64,000 bases of DNA from a virus (IMGVR_UViG_3300037486_000582:32001-96000); one strand, 5' to 3'. Shown: positions 1-10,022, numbered from the stretch's first letter. Notes: generated by a model not told the origin, from the sequence alone. A program made the numbers and translations.

Positions 1-309
1 CTCCAGCTCCTTGAAGTGGAGGACGCAGCGCACCTGGCCGGTCGGGCTGCGCCCCGTGCCGAGCATGGACAGCACCTCCCAGGACTCGTCCTCGATCTGA
101 GCATGAAGCTGAACAACGCTCTCGACGCGGCGAACGGAGCCCCGCGTGCTCGTGTCGGTGGCCGGCGGGACGATGACCGGCTCGTTGAAGTCGTCGTCGT
201 ACCCGAGCCCCGCGGGGCCGGAGCCGGCGGGGTCCTCCGCCGTGGCGTCCGTATCCAGTCGTGCGATGTCGACCAGGAACGGGTATATCAAGCGGCCACG
301 GGTCATCAT
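1..309 (-). CDS. Putative head-closure / head-tail joining protein (3' truncated by window edge)
   Basis: Not in ORF track; read manually: GGAGG then ATG at 309/306, MMTRGRLIYPFLVDIARLDTDATAEDP...GYDDDFNEPV..., open to position 1; follows the connector gene. Confidence 0.55.
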   Translation of the reverse strand, partial: MMTRGRLIYPFLVDIARLDTDATAEDPAGSGPAGLGYDDDFNEPVIVPPATDTSTRGSVRRVESVVQLHAQIEDESWEVLSMLGTGRSPTGQVRCVLHFKELE

Positions 310-463
310 TCCTCCCAGCGTGGAGACCAGCCCGGGTGGCTGCGCCGTGCCATGGGACGGCAGTTCACGCTTCCTCGACGACACCCCGGGCAACGTCAGA
401 GGAGCCCGCCGTGGGCGCCAGCGGGCAACACACCCGGGCCGGCCGCCACGCCCATCCAGGGTA

Positions 464-1453
464 TCACACGGAGCGCATCATCGGCTGGCGCCTGTAGCGG
501 AGGAGGATGGTGTCGATCTCCGGGTCGCCAGTGAAGATGCCGACGCTGGCGCGCCCGGTCGAGGACTTCCCCGGCGCTCCCCACGAGACGGACTGGTCCC
601 TGGTCTTGTGGGATGTGACCCGCCAGGCGTTCTTGAGGTCTTCGCGCTCGTCCGACTGGCTCATTGGCGGGAGGTTTCGCACGCAGAGCAACTTGCACGC
701 GTGCCGGATGAGGTCGGGCGTCTTTCCGTTCGACGTCCCGTCGTAGTCCGTGTACCCGAACGTCCCGACGATCCGCACGTTCTTCTGTCCCGGGGTCCAG
801 ACCTTGAGCCCCGCCTTGAGCAGCACGTCGTCGTCCCGCGGCTGGGCGAGCTCGATCTTCGGGTTGTCGCGGTCGTCCGGACACAGGAGCCGCTGGGTGA
901 CGTGACGGTTGTAGACCATCACGTCGTTGGCCACTTCCAGCGCCTCGTCGTCGAGCCAGACCTCGCTGACGGCGATGACCGGAAACTCGAGCATCATGGT
1001 CGGCTGGCCGCTTCCGTCCAGCGTGACGTCGAGCGGCCGCGGTTCAAACCAGCGCCCCGTGTACTCCTCGATGTACGTGCTGGCGAGGCGCATCACAGAG
1101 GTCAGGCGGACGTCCGAGTAGGGTGGGTCGGTGAAGCCCTCGTCGCGAAGGTCCTGCACGGTGCAGTACAGCCCGTCCATCCCTTCGCCCTGGATTGGCG
1201 GGCTCGCGGTTCCTTCCGAGCTGGTCGAGCTGTTCCAGTACGCGAAGCGGTACCAATACGAAGGGTCGCCGACCAGGTCGATGTACTCGTACAGGGTCGT
1301 CGGTGAGACGAGGTTGATGCGTGTCAGCGGAACCGTGAGCTCGGTGTACGGGCCGCCCTGCCCGGCCGTGGAGCGATAGACCTTGATTTGGTTGAAGGCG
1401 AGCAACACGTTCGACAGCTCGTTCACGACGATCCGCAGCTTGATCGCGGCCAT
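464..1453 (-). CDS. Head-tail connector/adaptor (gp6/gp15-like) with N-terminal extension
   Basis: YCTVQDLR...ASTYIEEYTGRWF...GTFGY...IRHACKLL...IDTILLRYRR pattern typical of adaptors; SD AGGAGG; downstream of capsid genes. Confidence 0.7.
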   Translation of the reverse strand: MAAIKLRIVVNELSNVLLAFNQIKVYRSTAGQGGPYTELTVPLTRINLVSPTTLYEYIDLVGDPSYWYRFAYWNSSTSSEGTASPPIQGEGMDGLYCTVQDLRDEGFTDPPYSDVRLTSVMRLASTYIEEYTGRWFEPRPLDVTLDGSGQPTMMLEFPVIAVSEVWLDDEALEVANDVMVYNRHVTQRLLCPDDRDNPKIELAQPRDDDVLLKAGLKVWTPGQKNVRIVGTFGYTDYDGTSNGKTPDLIRHACKLLCVRNLPPMSQSDEREDLKNAWRVTSHKTRDQSVSWGAPGKSSTGRASVGIFTGDPEIDTILLRYRRQPMMRSV

Positions 1454-1456
1454 GGC

Positions 1457-1903
1457 TCACACCTCCTTCGCGGACAGCGGGGTCGGCACCAGGTCTACCA
1501 CGTCGGCCCCGGCCGGAGCGAGGTCGAGCGAACTCCATCCTGTCGGCGTCGCCGTAGCTGCTCCGCCGGTGACGACCGTCCCGCAGCCGATTGGGTGCAG
1601 GTCGTTAGCGGCCGCCGGGATAGGCACCAGGTTCAGCGTCTGGTAGAGCAGCGGCGGCTCCGGGTACGGCGACGGCGTCTGCCCGCGCTCCTGGTAGTAG
1701 GCATGAAGCGTGTCGCCAGTGCGAAGTCCCTCGTGAAGCCGGAAGGCGTTGCCGCCAAGCTCGATGAGCCCTTCTGTTCCCGCCCGTTGCGTGAGGAGCC
1801 CGTTGATGTACAGGTACAGCGTCCCCGCGAAGTAGGCGCTCGGGGTGGTGTAGTCGGTCGCCCCGGGGACGACAGCGATCTCTGCAAGGACCGGGTCGCT
1901 CAT
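1457..1903 (-). CDS. Virion structural protein (small beta domain)
   Basis: YTTPSAYFAGTLYLYINGLL...GDTLHAYY; paralogous to next ORF; coupled stop/start. Confidence 0.6.
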   Translation of the reverse strand: MSDPVLAEIAVVPGATDYTTPSAYFAGTLYLYINGLLTQRAGTEGLIELGGNAFRLHEGLRTGDTLHAYYQERGQTPSPYPEPPLLYQTLNLVPIPAAANDLHPIGCGTVVTGGAATATPTGWSSLDLAPAGADVVDLVPTPLSAKEV

Positions 1904-2133
1904 GCCTCGATAAACCTGGCATGTATCGTATCACCCGAGCGCGGTGCTTCACGAGTGCGGAAGGACGACGGCCCCGTCTCGTCCCAGCCATCGTCATCGC
2001 CGGCGCGAGCGAGAAGCCCGTTCAGCCACACGCGCAACGTCCCCGTCGCGTACGCCAGGGTCGTCGTGAAGTCGCGGAGCGCCCCATCTGGGACCTCGGG
2101 CGGTTCTTCGACGTGCTCGTCGCCAATGGCCAT
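1900..2133 (-). CDS. Virion structural protein, paralog of 1457..1903
   Basis: FTTTLAYATGTLRVWLNGLL...GDTIHARF. Confidence 0.6.
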   Translation of the reverse strand: MAIGDEHVEEPPEVPDGALRDFTTTLAYATGTLRVWLNGLLARAGDDDGWDETGPSSFRTREAPRSGDTIHARFIEA

Positions 2134-2349
2134 CTAGCCGCCGTTGTCAGGGAGGCTCGGCGGCGGTGCTTCCGACGCCCTGCGCTCGACGTTGTGGAGC
2201 CGAAGCCCGAACTCCCGCACCATCTCCACGGTCACGTCGAGAGAACGCCGCATCACGGCCAGCTGGCGCCCAACTTCTTCCCGCATTTCCCGTACCTCTT
2301 CCAGTATGACCGGAAGGAGGTCGGGGGCCGTCTGCCCGCAGTCGCTCAC
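2134..2349 (-). CDS. Small coiled-coil hypothetical protein
   Basis: Overlapping start/stop with neighbours; heptad-like LEEVREMREEV. Confidence 0.5.
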   Translation of the reverse strand: MSDCGQTAPDLLPVILEEVREMREEVGRQLAVMRRSLDVTVEMVREFGLRLHNVERRASEAPPPSLPDNGG

Positions 2350-3236
2350 AGCTTGGCCGCGAACACCGCCGCCACGGCGTCAGCGATGGGCTGCCAGTAG
2401 CTCGAGCGGGCTCCGCTGGGCTGCTCGATCTGCACGCCGCCGCCGGTTGCGGCGAGCCAGTTCACGAGGTTCGCCGGGTCCGTGCCGCCGTAGGGGCCGC
2501 TCGTCACGACCTCGACTTCGTAGTCGGCGCCGACGACGGAATGGATCGCGGCGGCGACCTCGGACTTGAGCGCCAGCGTGGCTGCTCCGCCGACCGCGAT
2601 GGTGTCCTCGCCGTAGCCGTGGAAGCTGACGGCGTAGGCGAAGCCGCGGTCCTTGATCTGGTTCAGGCAGGGGAAGCTCGCCGGATGGACATCGGTCGAG
2701 GTGATGTGCCAGGCCAGGCTCGCCCCGCCGCCGCTGCGCCAGCCCTTGCACCGCCAGGCCGAACACGGCTTCGCCGCCGCCTGCATTTGGGTCAGCACAC
2801 GCTCGGCCTGGTCGTCGGTGTAGTTCTCGATCATGCCACCGTGTGGGGCACAGGCGACGAGGCCGGTGTGACCCGCGCTCGTCTCGGAGAGCCGCTCCAC
2901 GAACTCGCCCTGGTTCTCCGCCTCGGCATCGGTGAGGTCGGAGCGGAGACAGGACGAGTCGCACGAACCGCTGTTGAACGTGCCGCCCGCGTCGGACAGT
3001 CGCTTGCGCGCGTCGAGGCACATCCGGACACGCCGATCCGGGCTCTCCTGTCGCAGCTCGGCGACCGTGTAGAGCGCCTTCAATCCGGTCGTCGGGTGGA
3101 CGATCCTGACCTGATGGCCCAGGCCACGCCCGATTGCCGCGAGCTTCTCGGGGTCCGCCGAGCAGTGCTCGGGCAGGCCCATGAGCTGCGCCTGCGATGA
3201 GTACGCGGTCAGCACGTCACACAAGAACGTTCCCAT
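2346..3236 (-). CDS. Poly-gamma-glutamate hydrolase family (PghP/DUF867) zinc peptidase
   Basis: APHGGMIENYTD, WHITST, AVSFHG and GGVQIE motifs of the family; SD AGGAGG. Confidence 0.8.
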   Translation of the reverse strand: MGTFLCDVLTAYSSQAQLMGLPEHCSADPEKLAAIGRGLGHQVRIVHPTTGLKALYTVAELRQESPDRRVRMCLDARKRLSDAGGTFNSGSCDSSCLRSDLTDAEAENQGEFVERLSETSAGHTGLVACAPHGGMIENYTDDQAERVLTQMQAAAKPCSAWRCKGWRSGGGASLAWHITSTDVHPASFPCLNQIKDRGFAYAVSFHGYGEDTIAVGGAATLALKSEVAAAIHSVVGADYEVEVVTSGPYGGTDPANLVNWLAATGGGVQIEQPSGARSSYWQPIADAVAAVFAAKL

Positions 3237-3245
3237 CGAAACCTC

Positions 3246-4703
3246 CTACTGGCCCGGTTGGCCGGCCAGCCGCCTCCCGGAATACCTCAGCTCGACGAGG
3301 TGAACATGCACGACCAGCGTGCAGGTGTCCTCGGCATGGTCCCCGTCCCGGCGCAGCCACAGCACGAGCATGTCCTTCGCCTTGTTGAACTGCGCCGAGG
3401 GGATCGTGAAGTCAACGGAGAACAGCGTGTCGTTGCCCTTGTCGTTCTCGTTCTGCGTGAACTCGCTCGAGTACGGGTAGCTCGCGGGGAGCACGTCTCC
3501 CGCGCCGACGCACTGCCAGTCGAGGCGCCAGCGGACTCCGGTGTTGCCCGCCGTGCCCGCGAGCGAGCACAGGGCGCACAGCGTCAGGTCTCCGCTGACG
3601 TAGTTCTGCGGTGGGCGACAGGTCCACCGGATGCGACTCTCACCGGCCGCCGCGAAGGTCACGGACGGGACGTCGTTGTTGGAGCTGGTCGCCGCCGACC
3701 CGCCGCGGATGCCGGTGTCCACCGGGAACCCTACCCTGCACGTCCCGACGGCGATGGCCTCGGCCTCCGCGAGCCACAGCGCCCCGTCGTGATCGACCCG
3801 AAGCCGCTCGACGAGGCCACTCCCGCCTGAGCGGAGCATGACCTTCGCTGCCGACTGGCGAACGTCCGTGTCCGGGTCCGACCACAGGACGTGGAGCGCA
3901 CCTGCATCGCGGAGCACGTCGGCGTCGTCCGTGAGCCGCACGAAGAGGCCGGAGCCGAACCCGGCCAGCACCAGTTCGCTCGACCTCCTGGTGATCGAGA
4001 TGAGCGACGAGACGGTGGAGTCGTCGGAGGTGAGCTCTCGCACGTCGAGCTTCTTCACCGACGAGGCCACGACGTCGCCGCCCAGCACGAGCGCGCCCGA
4101 CCGGTCCTCTGAAGGGAGCCCGCCCGATGCTGCGAGCCCCTTGTCGTTGCAGGCGAGCGAGGTCGTTCGCCTGATGCAGCCCACGGACCCTGGAGTCCCT
4201 CCCGACGTTGTGCGGTAAACGCCGTACTTCACCGCTCCCTCGACTGGTTCCCAGGTGACGCGGTTGTAGTTCGTCCCGTTCAGCGTCGCTGCCCCGGTCG
4301 AGATCAGAACCTCAACGCACTCCGGCGTTTCGCCCGTTGGCGAGTACGCCGTAACGGAGTAGCCCCAGGCGGTCGAGCCGGGCGTGCCCTGCGGCGCGAC
4401 CTGTAGCCCGCCGGGTTTCTGGAGCGCGTTGAGCGTGAGCCCGCCCTCCATCACCGGGTCGAGCGGCGTCGCCTCGTGCGCTGCCACGATGCCGTCGAGC
4501 AGCGTCTCGTCTCCACCGGAAAGCGCCGCGTCGAACCAGATGAGACAGACGTCGCCGTCCGTATCCGTCCTGAGGTACTCGGCTGACGAGATCGCTGAGT
4601 CGACGATCTCCTCCGAGAGATGGCTCTCCGAGACGCAGCCTTCCGGGAAGTCGTTGGCGAGGCTGTACTGGTAGCTCGTCTCGGCCATCAGGACACCCTC
4701 CAC
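3246..4703 (-). CDS. Virion structural / fibre-like protein (start 4703 or 4688)
   Basis: 485 aa, beta-rich; YSVTAYSPTGET..NRVTWEPVEGAVKYGVYRT (FnIII-like), VERLRVDHDG fibre-like motif; in structural operon. Confidence 0.6.
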   Translation of the reverse strand: MEGVLMAETSYQYSLANDFPEGCVSESHLSEEIVDSAISSAEYLRTDTDGDVCLIWFDAALSGGDETLLDGIVAAHEATPLDPVMEGGLTLNALQKPGGLQVAPQGTPGSTAWGYSVTAYSPTGETPECVEVLISTGAATLNGTNYNRVTWEPVEGAVKYGVYRTTSGGTPGSVGCIRRTTSLACNDKGLAASGGLPSEDRSGALVLGGDVVASSVKKLDVRELTSDDSTVSSLISITRRSSELVLAGFGSGLFVRLTDDADVLRDAGALHVLWSDPDTDVRQSAAKVMLRSGGSGLVERLRVDHDGALWLAEAEAIAVGTCRVGFPVDTGIRGGSAATSSNNDVPSVTFAAAGESRIRWTCRPPQNYVSGDLTLCALCSLAGTAGNTGVRWRLDWQCVGAGDVLPASYPYSSEFTQNENDKGNDTLFSVDFTIPSAQFNKAKDMLVLWLRRDGDHAEDTCTLVVHVHLVELRYSGRRLAGQPGQ

Positions 4704-5242
4704 AGGGTCGCTCGGGCGTTCTCCATCGCGACCGAGCCGTTACCGTCCACCTTGCGGACGTCGAAGTCGATGTTCTGCGCTCCGCTGATGCTGCCGAGGT
4801 GGAAGGCGCCTCCCATGAGCGCGCGAGCGTTCGCGACTCCGGGCTTTATCCGACCCTTGGCGAGCGTCACGGAGTCGTTCTGCTGTATCTGTGCTTCGAC
4901 CTGAGCGCCTGCAGACGAACCGTCAGTCCCGATCTCAGCGAAGGCCAAGAGCAGGTAAACGCCCGTGGGCAACGCAGTCGTCGTGAACCGCCACCGCTGC
5001 TGAAACGACGTGGCCGATGTCGTGTAGATTCCGAGGCTCGACGCCTGCCGGTACTCCGTGCCGAAGACAGCACCGGAGCCGCCGTCCCGTGGGTTGAAGA
5101 CGCCCGCGTCGTCCCGCATTCTGAAGGCGCTGCCGACACGCCGGATCTCTCCGATTTCGGTAGGATCGCTACCGCCGTCCCCGAGAAGGATGCCTTCCTC
5201 CTCGATCAGCTCTCCGGGGTGTGCGTCAGGAGTCCTTGGCAC
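4688..5242 (-). CDS. Virion structural protein (fibre-tip-like)
   Basis: Beta-rich C-terminus (LPTGVYLLLAFAEI...ENARATLWRVS); operon context. Confidence 0.55.
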   Translation of the reverse strand: MPRTPDAHPGELIEEEGILLGDGGSDPTEIGEIRRVGSAFRMRDDAGVFNPRDGGSGAVFGTEYRQASSLGIYTTSATSFQQRWRFTTTALPTGVYLLLAFAEIGTDGSSAGAQVEAQIQQNDSVTLAKGRIKPGVANARALMGGAFHLGSISGAQNIDFDVRKVDGNGSVAMENARATLWRVS

Positions 5243-5798
5243 GAGCCGTCTTCTTGCCGGAGCGGCTGGGCTTCCGCGGAGGCTTCGTCTTCGGCGCCTC
5301 GGCGGGCGTCGCCTCCGCCTGGCGCTGCGCTTTCAGTGTCAGCCCCGGGTGGACGCCCGGCGGGCGCGGTCCACCATGTTCCAGCGGAGCAGCCTCCTCA
5401 CGCCGCGCAGCATCGGCCTTGCCCTGTTCGCGCACGCGCATGTCCACGACCTGTCGAAGCGCCTTCCGCATTCCCTCGACCTCGCCCTCGGCGCGCAGCA
5501 CCGACTGCGCCGCGTTCTCGCCGATGTCGTGGACCTTCCGAGCCGCCGCCATGAGTCGGTCCACGGCGTATTTGCCGGCGGCCACGGGGTCTTCTGGGTC
5601 GAGCGTGACCTTGCCCTCCTTCCATTCGGCGACGACCGCTTGGACGATGGTCTGAATCTCCCGTTGCGTGGCGGCGACGATGGTCGCTGCTCCGCGTGCG
5701 GCATGGATGCGCGCCTCCGCTTCGCGGAGCGCTTCTCTCAGCCCGTTGCCGATCTCGTCGGCGACGAGCACTTTCAGCTCGGCCTTCTCGGTGCTCAT
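5226..5798 (-). CDS. Hypothetical helical protein
   Basis: 190 aa, SD GGGGAAG, contiguous in operon. Confidence 0.55.
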   Translation of the reverse strand: MSTEKAELKVLVADEIGNGLREALREAEARIHAARGAATIVAATQREIQTIVQAVVAEWKEGKVTLDPEDPVAAGKYAVDRLMAAARKVHDIGENAAQSVLRAEGEVEGMRKALRQVVDMRVREQGKADAARREEAAPLEHGGPRPPGVHPGLTLKAQRQAEATPAEAPKTKPPRKPSRSGKKTARAKDS

Positions 5799-5821
5799 GC
5801 TCTTCCCCTTCTCAGGTCAGC

Positions 5822-7423
5822 TTAGGGAGTCGGCTGGCCCCAAACGACCATGTTGATGTTGTCCGGGTTGTTTCCGCCGCGGAAGCGCAAGACGAACTCC
5901 GCATAGAAGTTGCCGAGCGCCTGCTCTGCGGCGACCGCCGACGGGTACACGTCGTTGTTCGACAGCGCGGTCGCGCCCGGCCGCTGCTTGGTGCCGTTGA
6001 TGAAGATCTCCACGTCCGTGATGAAGCTCAGTCCCTTGTAGCTCGGAAGCACCGCCGAAATGTTCGCCACCGCGTCGCCCTTGATGAGCGTGTCGGCTGG
6101 AATGTCCGCGACGATGACGTTCGCCCAGGCCGTCGCCCGCTCGGTGCTCTGCTTGGCCTGGACGATGGCGTTGAGCAGCGAGACCTCGCCGCCGAACTCG
6201 GCTTCGAAGTTCGTCCACTCGGCCGCGGAGTCGGCCAGGTGGATGCCTTCGATCAGCGACCACCCGACGGGCTTGTAGCCGTCGTCGAAGGACAGGACGG
6301 TGGCGGCTTCCAGCTCCAGGGCACCGGCCGTCGACTCGATAATGCCGTCCTGCACGCCGACGTCGATGGGGCGCGTCCCGCCCGTGTTGGCCGAGATGCC
6401 GTTGTCGAAGTCGTTGAGGATGGCGTCCACGCGGAACAGGTCGACGTCAGCCTCGAACGCAACCGACGTGGTCCCCGCGCCCGAGCCCTCGGTGATGCGG
6501 AACAACGGTTGCTCGGCGTCGTCGCGGATCTCCCAGTACTTGCCCGCCGACTCGATGTCCAGCGTGGCGTTCGTGACAAGGTCGACCGGCGTCGTCCCCT
6601 GGTTGCTGTAGGAGGTCTGGCGCGTGGCCGTGCCCGCCCCGGCGTCCACGAAGTCGTCGCCCAGCCACGCCTCCTCGGGAATGTCCTTGAACGCGTACCG
6701 CTCGACGGGCGCGTAGTCGATGGACAGGCCGTCCATCGTTCCGGCCGCGGCGAGGACGAGGTCGTCGTAGGTGGCGTTCCGCACGACGAACGAGAGCTGC
6801 GCCCGCTGAGTCGTGAGGTTGATCGTGTGGCCGTCGGTGGCGATCTCCGTCTGGATCAGCCCGTACACCTCTCGCCCGGTTGAGTCCTCGATGGGTTCGC
6901 CGGTGGCGGTGTCGACGATGAGGCACAGGTTCATCGGTTGGATGTTGCTGGCTCCGCCGACCTCGGCCAGCGACGGGGCATCGAACGCTCCGGCGACGGA
7001 CGCGACGATGGTACCGCGGGTCGCGACGACACCCACCGCAGCGGTCGTGTTGCCGGGTAGCTCTCCGGTCGCGTTGAGGATGGCGTGCTGAGCGTTGACC
7101 GCGATGGGTCCGACGTTCGCGCCAACGACGGCACGTCGGCGGGCGATGCGCTTGCGCTCGATGTCGTACAGGCTCACGTTCAGGTTCTGCACACCTCGCG
7201 CAGCCGCACCCTCGCCGGGAAACGCAGTCGGAGCCGTGAGCGCCCGCCACCAGTCGGACGACCGAACGTCCCGCAGCTCGTGAAGGTACGACCTGATGTT
7301 GGTCAGGTCGGTCTGTCCGTCCAGCGGGCTCGTTTCGAACGCCGCTTCAGTCGGCGCGATCGAATCGACGTAGCTCTCGCTGTTCCAGAGTTGCGTGTCC
7401 TGCCGTGTCTTCGTCCTCGACAT
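5822..7423 (-). CDS. Virion structural protein
   Basis: 533 aa, Ala/Thr/Asp-rich, SD AAGGAG; C-terminal VEIFING motif resembles the small virion domains at 1457-2133. Confidence 0.65.
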   Translation of the reverse strand: MSRTKTRQDTQLWNSESYVDSIAPTEAAFETSPLDGQTDLTNIRSYLHELRDVRSSDWWRALTAPTAFPGEGAAARGVQNLNVSLYDIERKRIARRRAVVGANVGPIAVNAQHAILNATGELPGNTTAAVGVVATRGTIVASVAGAFDAPSLAEVGGASNIQPMNLCLIVDTATGEPIEDSTGREVYGLIQTEIATDGHTINLTTQRAQLSFVVRNATYDDLVLAAAGTMDGLSIDYAPVERYAFKDIPEEAWLGDDFVDAGAGTATRQTSYSNQGTTPVDLVTNATLDIESAGKYWEIRDDAEQPLFRITEGSGAGTTSVAFEADVDLFRVDAILNDFDNGISANTGGTRPIDVGVQDGIIESTAGALELEAATVLSFDDGYKPVGWSLIEGIHLADSAAEWTNFEAEFGGEVSLLNAIVQAKQSTERATAWANVIVADIPADTLIKGDAVANISAVLPSYKGLSFITDVEIFINGTKQRPGATALSNNDVYPSAVAAEQALGNFYAEFVLRFRGGNNPDNINMVVWGQPTP

Positions 7424-7561
7424 CTGGGCTAGCTCCTTCCTGCTTCCTGCACGCCTTCCCCTGGCTTCGTTGAAGCCAGTCTAGCACTCGGGCTGAGCCG
7501 GTGTCATGTGCGATGAAACACAGGGCGAACGGATTGTGGAAGGCGCGCGGGGACGAGGCGG

Positions 7562-8191
7562 TCAGTCGGCGTCGAAGACTTCGGCCATGAGCGTCTGGAC
7601 CATCTCACGCTTCGCCAGCCGCGTGTCGAGCGAGACGCCGTGCTCGGCGCCGAAGGCGACGATGTCCGCCTTCGTCATCATCGCCCACTCCGGGACGACG
7701 GGCCGCTCCTTCTGACGGACGTGCGCGGACTTCAAGATGCCCTTGTCCGCCGGCTTCGGCGGCTCCGTCACCGAGGCCATCGCCTGCGGCATCATCGCGG
7801 CGACCGCTGCTCGCGCGGCGGTGGCCTCGTCGACCTCCTTCGCACGGAGCCCGTCGAACCTGGACGGGAGGCGCTCGCCTTCCTTCTTGGGCGGCGGGCT
7901 CGGCGCCGGTGGCTGGAACGCGACCATCGCGGCGAGAGCAGCCGCGCCCGGCCCGCCGACCGCCTCGGCCAGCTCCTGTCGCACGATGTCCCGCCACCTC
8001 CCGTCGTCCCGGACGACCTGAAAGAACGGAGCACCGGACCCCTGCTTGAGCGGCTCCACGGTGGACGCGATCGATTCGTCGACCTCGTACCAGCGGTCGG
8101 CCTCGAACAGCTGCCCGCCGAGCGTCAGCCTACGCGCGAGCGCCCCTGTCGCCTTGTGGTACGGCGACAGCCGAATGCGAACCGTTGCCAT
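7562..8191 (-). CDS. Hypothetical protein with C-terminal Rho_N/HeH-like domain
   Basis: WAMMTKADIVAFGAEHGVSLDTRLAKREMVQTL; strong SD GAGGAGGAG; a common gene type after capsid genes. Confidence 0.6.
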   Translation of the reverse strand: MATVRIRLSPYHKATGALARRLTLGGQLFEADRWYEVDESIASTVEPLKQGSGAPFFQVVRDDGRWRDIVRQELAEAVGGPGAAALAAMVAFQPPAPSPPPKKEGERLPSRFDGLRAKEVDEATAARAAVAAMMPQAMASVTEPPKPADKGILKSAHVRQKERPVVPEWAMMTKADIVAFGAEHGVSLDTRLAKREMVQTLMAEVFDAD

Positions 8192-8250
8192 GACTCCTCC
8201 TCTCTGCGGCCGTGGCCGTAGACTTCCCCGAGGTTATTGGGCCACCTGAG

Positions 8251-8637
8251 CTAGCCCTTGATCGTGCGAACCGACGCCGGACGCGGAGCGAGCAGCACAC
8301 GCGCCTTCGTGACGGCGTCCGCCGCCGCGAAGGTCAGCTTGGGCACACCGGCCGTGAACTCGGCCCGCACCTGCCCGGCGGCCGCCGCCGAGTAGGAGAT
8401 GGCCTTCACGCCGACGGAGCCGGCGACCGTCGCCTCGACGGCGATAGGGACGCCCGGAACCGTGAGCTGGAGGACGTGGGTGGCCACGTTCAGCTCTGCG
8501 CTCCAGGCCGACAGGCCACCGGCGAGCTCGCCGAGGTCGTCGGCGACGGCGCGCAGCGTCTCGGCCAGGTCGGGGTCTCCGTGACCGGGCTGGAGCCCGA
8601 CGCCACCGGCCCCGAAGTCCTTCTTGATGGTCGTCAT
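8251..8637 (-). CDS. Putative capsid-associated protein
   Basis: 128 aa, SD AGGAGG, two genes after MCP. Confidence 0.55.
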   Translation of the reverse strand: MTTIKKDFGAGGVGLQPGHGDPDLAETLRAVADDLGELAGGLSAWSAELNVATHVLQLTVPGVPIAVEATVAGSVGVKAISYSAAAAGQVRAEFTAGVPKLTFAAADAVTKARVLLAPRPASVRTIKG

Positions 8638-8646
8638 GGGGACCTC

Positions 8647-8979
8647 CTACTCGCCGATCCAGAGGACGACGACGTTGTCGTGCCCGCTGAGATCGGTCGC
8701 GGGGGCGACCTCCGCCGCCGGTGCTCCGCTGCCGTTGGCGTAGCACTTCAGCGTCGGCGTCCCGGTCACGTCCACGATGCGGAACCACCTGAGGGTGGCG
8801 CCGTCGTAGTGCGGGACGTACGGGCTGTGGATGACCTCGACCCCGTTCGGCAGGTTCGCCTTCACGGAGTATCCGCCCGCGGGGTACGAGCTGTCCGGGC
8901 TGGCGTCGAGCCGGCCAGCCATGATGGGCGCGGAAGGCTGCGAGCCGCCCTGCCGCGTGCTGTTGACGACGAGTGCCAT
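8647..8979 (-). CDS. Putative head decoration protein
   Basis: DSSYPAGGY motif and EVAPATDLS; immediately after MCP; SD GGAGG. Confidence 0.6.
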   Translation of the reverse strand: MALVVNSTRQGGSQPSAPIMAGRLDASPDSSYPAGGYSVKANLPNGVEVIHSPYVPHYDGATLRWFRIVDVTGTPTLKCYANGSGAPAAEVAPATDLSGHDNVVVLWIGE

Positions 8980-9089
8980 GTCAGACCTCCATCGGTACGG
9001 GGCCGACGCCTATGAAGACGCCGGCCCCGGCCCACTCACTCCCCAAGCAGCGCGGCCGCGGAGCAGTCCGCAACCACGCCGGCCGTGGC

Positions 9090-10022
9090 TCAGACCGCGA
9101 CCACTCCCGTCGCCTTCACGACCGCCGGCTCGTGCGCGAAGCGGAAGTCCACTCGCGCCGTGACGACGATGATGAAGACGCCCGCCGACACGTCGCGGTC
9201 GGTGTCGATGCGGATCTGACGCCACACGCCGAAGAGCATGTTGGCCGGGTCCGTCATCAGGACGACCGTCTCGTTCGTGCCGCCGCCCAGGTTGGTCGGG
9301 AACACGGGCACGCCCATGACCTCGATCCCCTGGAACGGCCGGGACTGGAGCCCCGTGACCTGCTCGTCGCCGAGCAGCGTGGCGCGGTCGCCGAGGTGCT
9401 CCTGGTAGTCGATGTCGGCCTCGTCCGCGGTGAGGAAGCGGAGGGTCCGCTTGTCCCGCCGGAACTCGGACGGCATCGTCTTCAGGATGTCCTTCAGCAC
9501 GGACCGCTGGAGCGTCGCCCCGCCCGCGAGCACGGTGTTCGTCACGGCGCGGACGATGAACCCGTTGAGCGTCTTCAGCAGGTCGTCGGTGGACGAGGTG
9601 TCGCCGTTGAACGCGAGGTCCTCCAGGTCGAGCCCGATGCGCTCGGCCATGGTCGCCCGCACGGTCGACTCGAACGTCCCGCGTTCGATGCTGTCCTCCA
9701 GTGCTTCGAAGCTGATGCGCGTTTCCGCCTTCACCAGCTGAGCGTCCAGCTCCACCTTGGACGTGTCGGGCACGGAGCGCTGGCCCAGAGGCAGCGACTG
9801 CGCCTCCGTTCCCTTGCGCAGCGCGCGGCTGCCGTACCGAATCTTCTCCCTGAGCTCCTTCGGCGCGTTCATGTCGACACGCGTCATCTGCGGCATCACG
9901 ACTGCCTGGTCGATTGCCAGCTGGATGAAGCGGTCGGCCTGGGCGGGCTCGAGAAGACCGCCGGGCGCGAGGTTGGCCAGGAGGAAGTCCGCCTTCTGGA
10001 CGATGTCTCTGTTGTCCTGCAT
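9090..10022 (-). CDS. Major capsid protein (HK97 fold, PBSX XkdG-like)
   Basis: Start corrected to MQDNRD (SD GAAGGAG); GGLLEPAQADRFI, EKIRYGSRALR, DLEDLAFNGD, TDPANMLFGVWRQIRI. Confidence 0.9.
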   Translation of the reverse strand: MQDNRDIVQKADFLLANLAPGGLLEPAQADRFIQLAIDQAVVMPQMTRVDMNAPKELREKIRYGSRALRKGTEAQSLPLGQRSVPDTSKVELDAQLVKAETRISFEALEDSIERGTFESTVRATMAERIGLDLEDLAFNGDTSSTDDLLKTLNGFIVRAVTNTVLAGGATLQRSVLKDILKTMPSEFRRDKRTLRFLTADEADIDYQEHLGDRATLLGDEQVTGLQSRPFQGIEVMGVPVFPTNLGGGTNETVVLMTDPANMLFGVWRQIRIDTDRDVSAGVFIIVVTARVDFRFAHEPAVVKATGVVAV

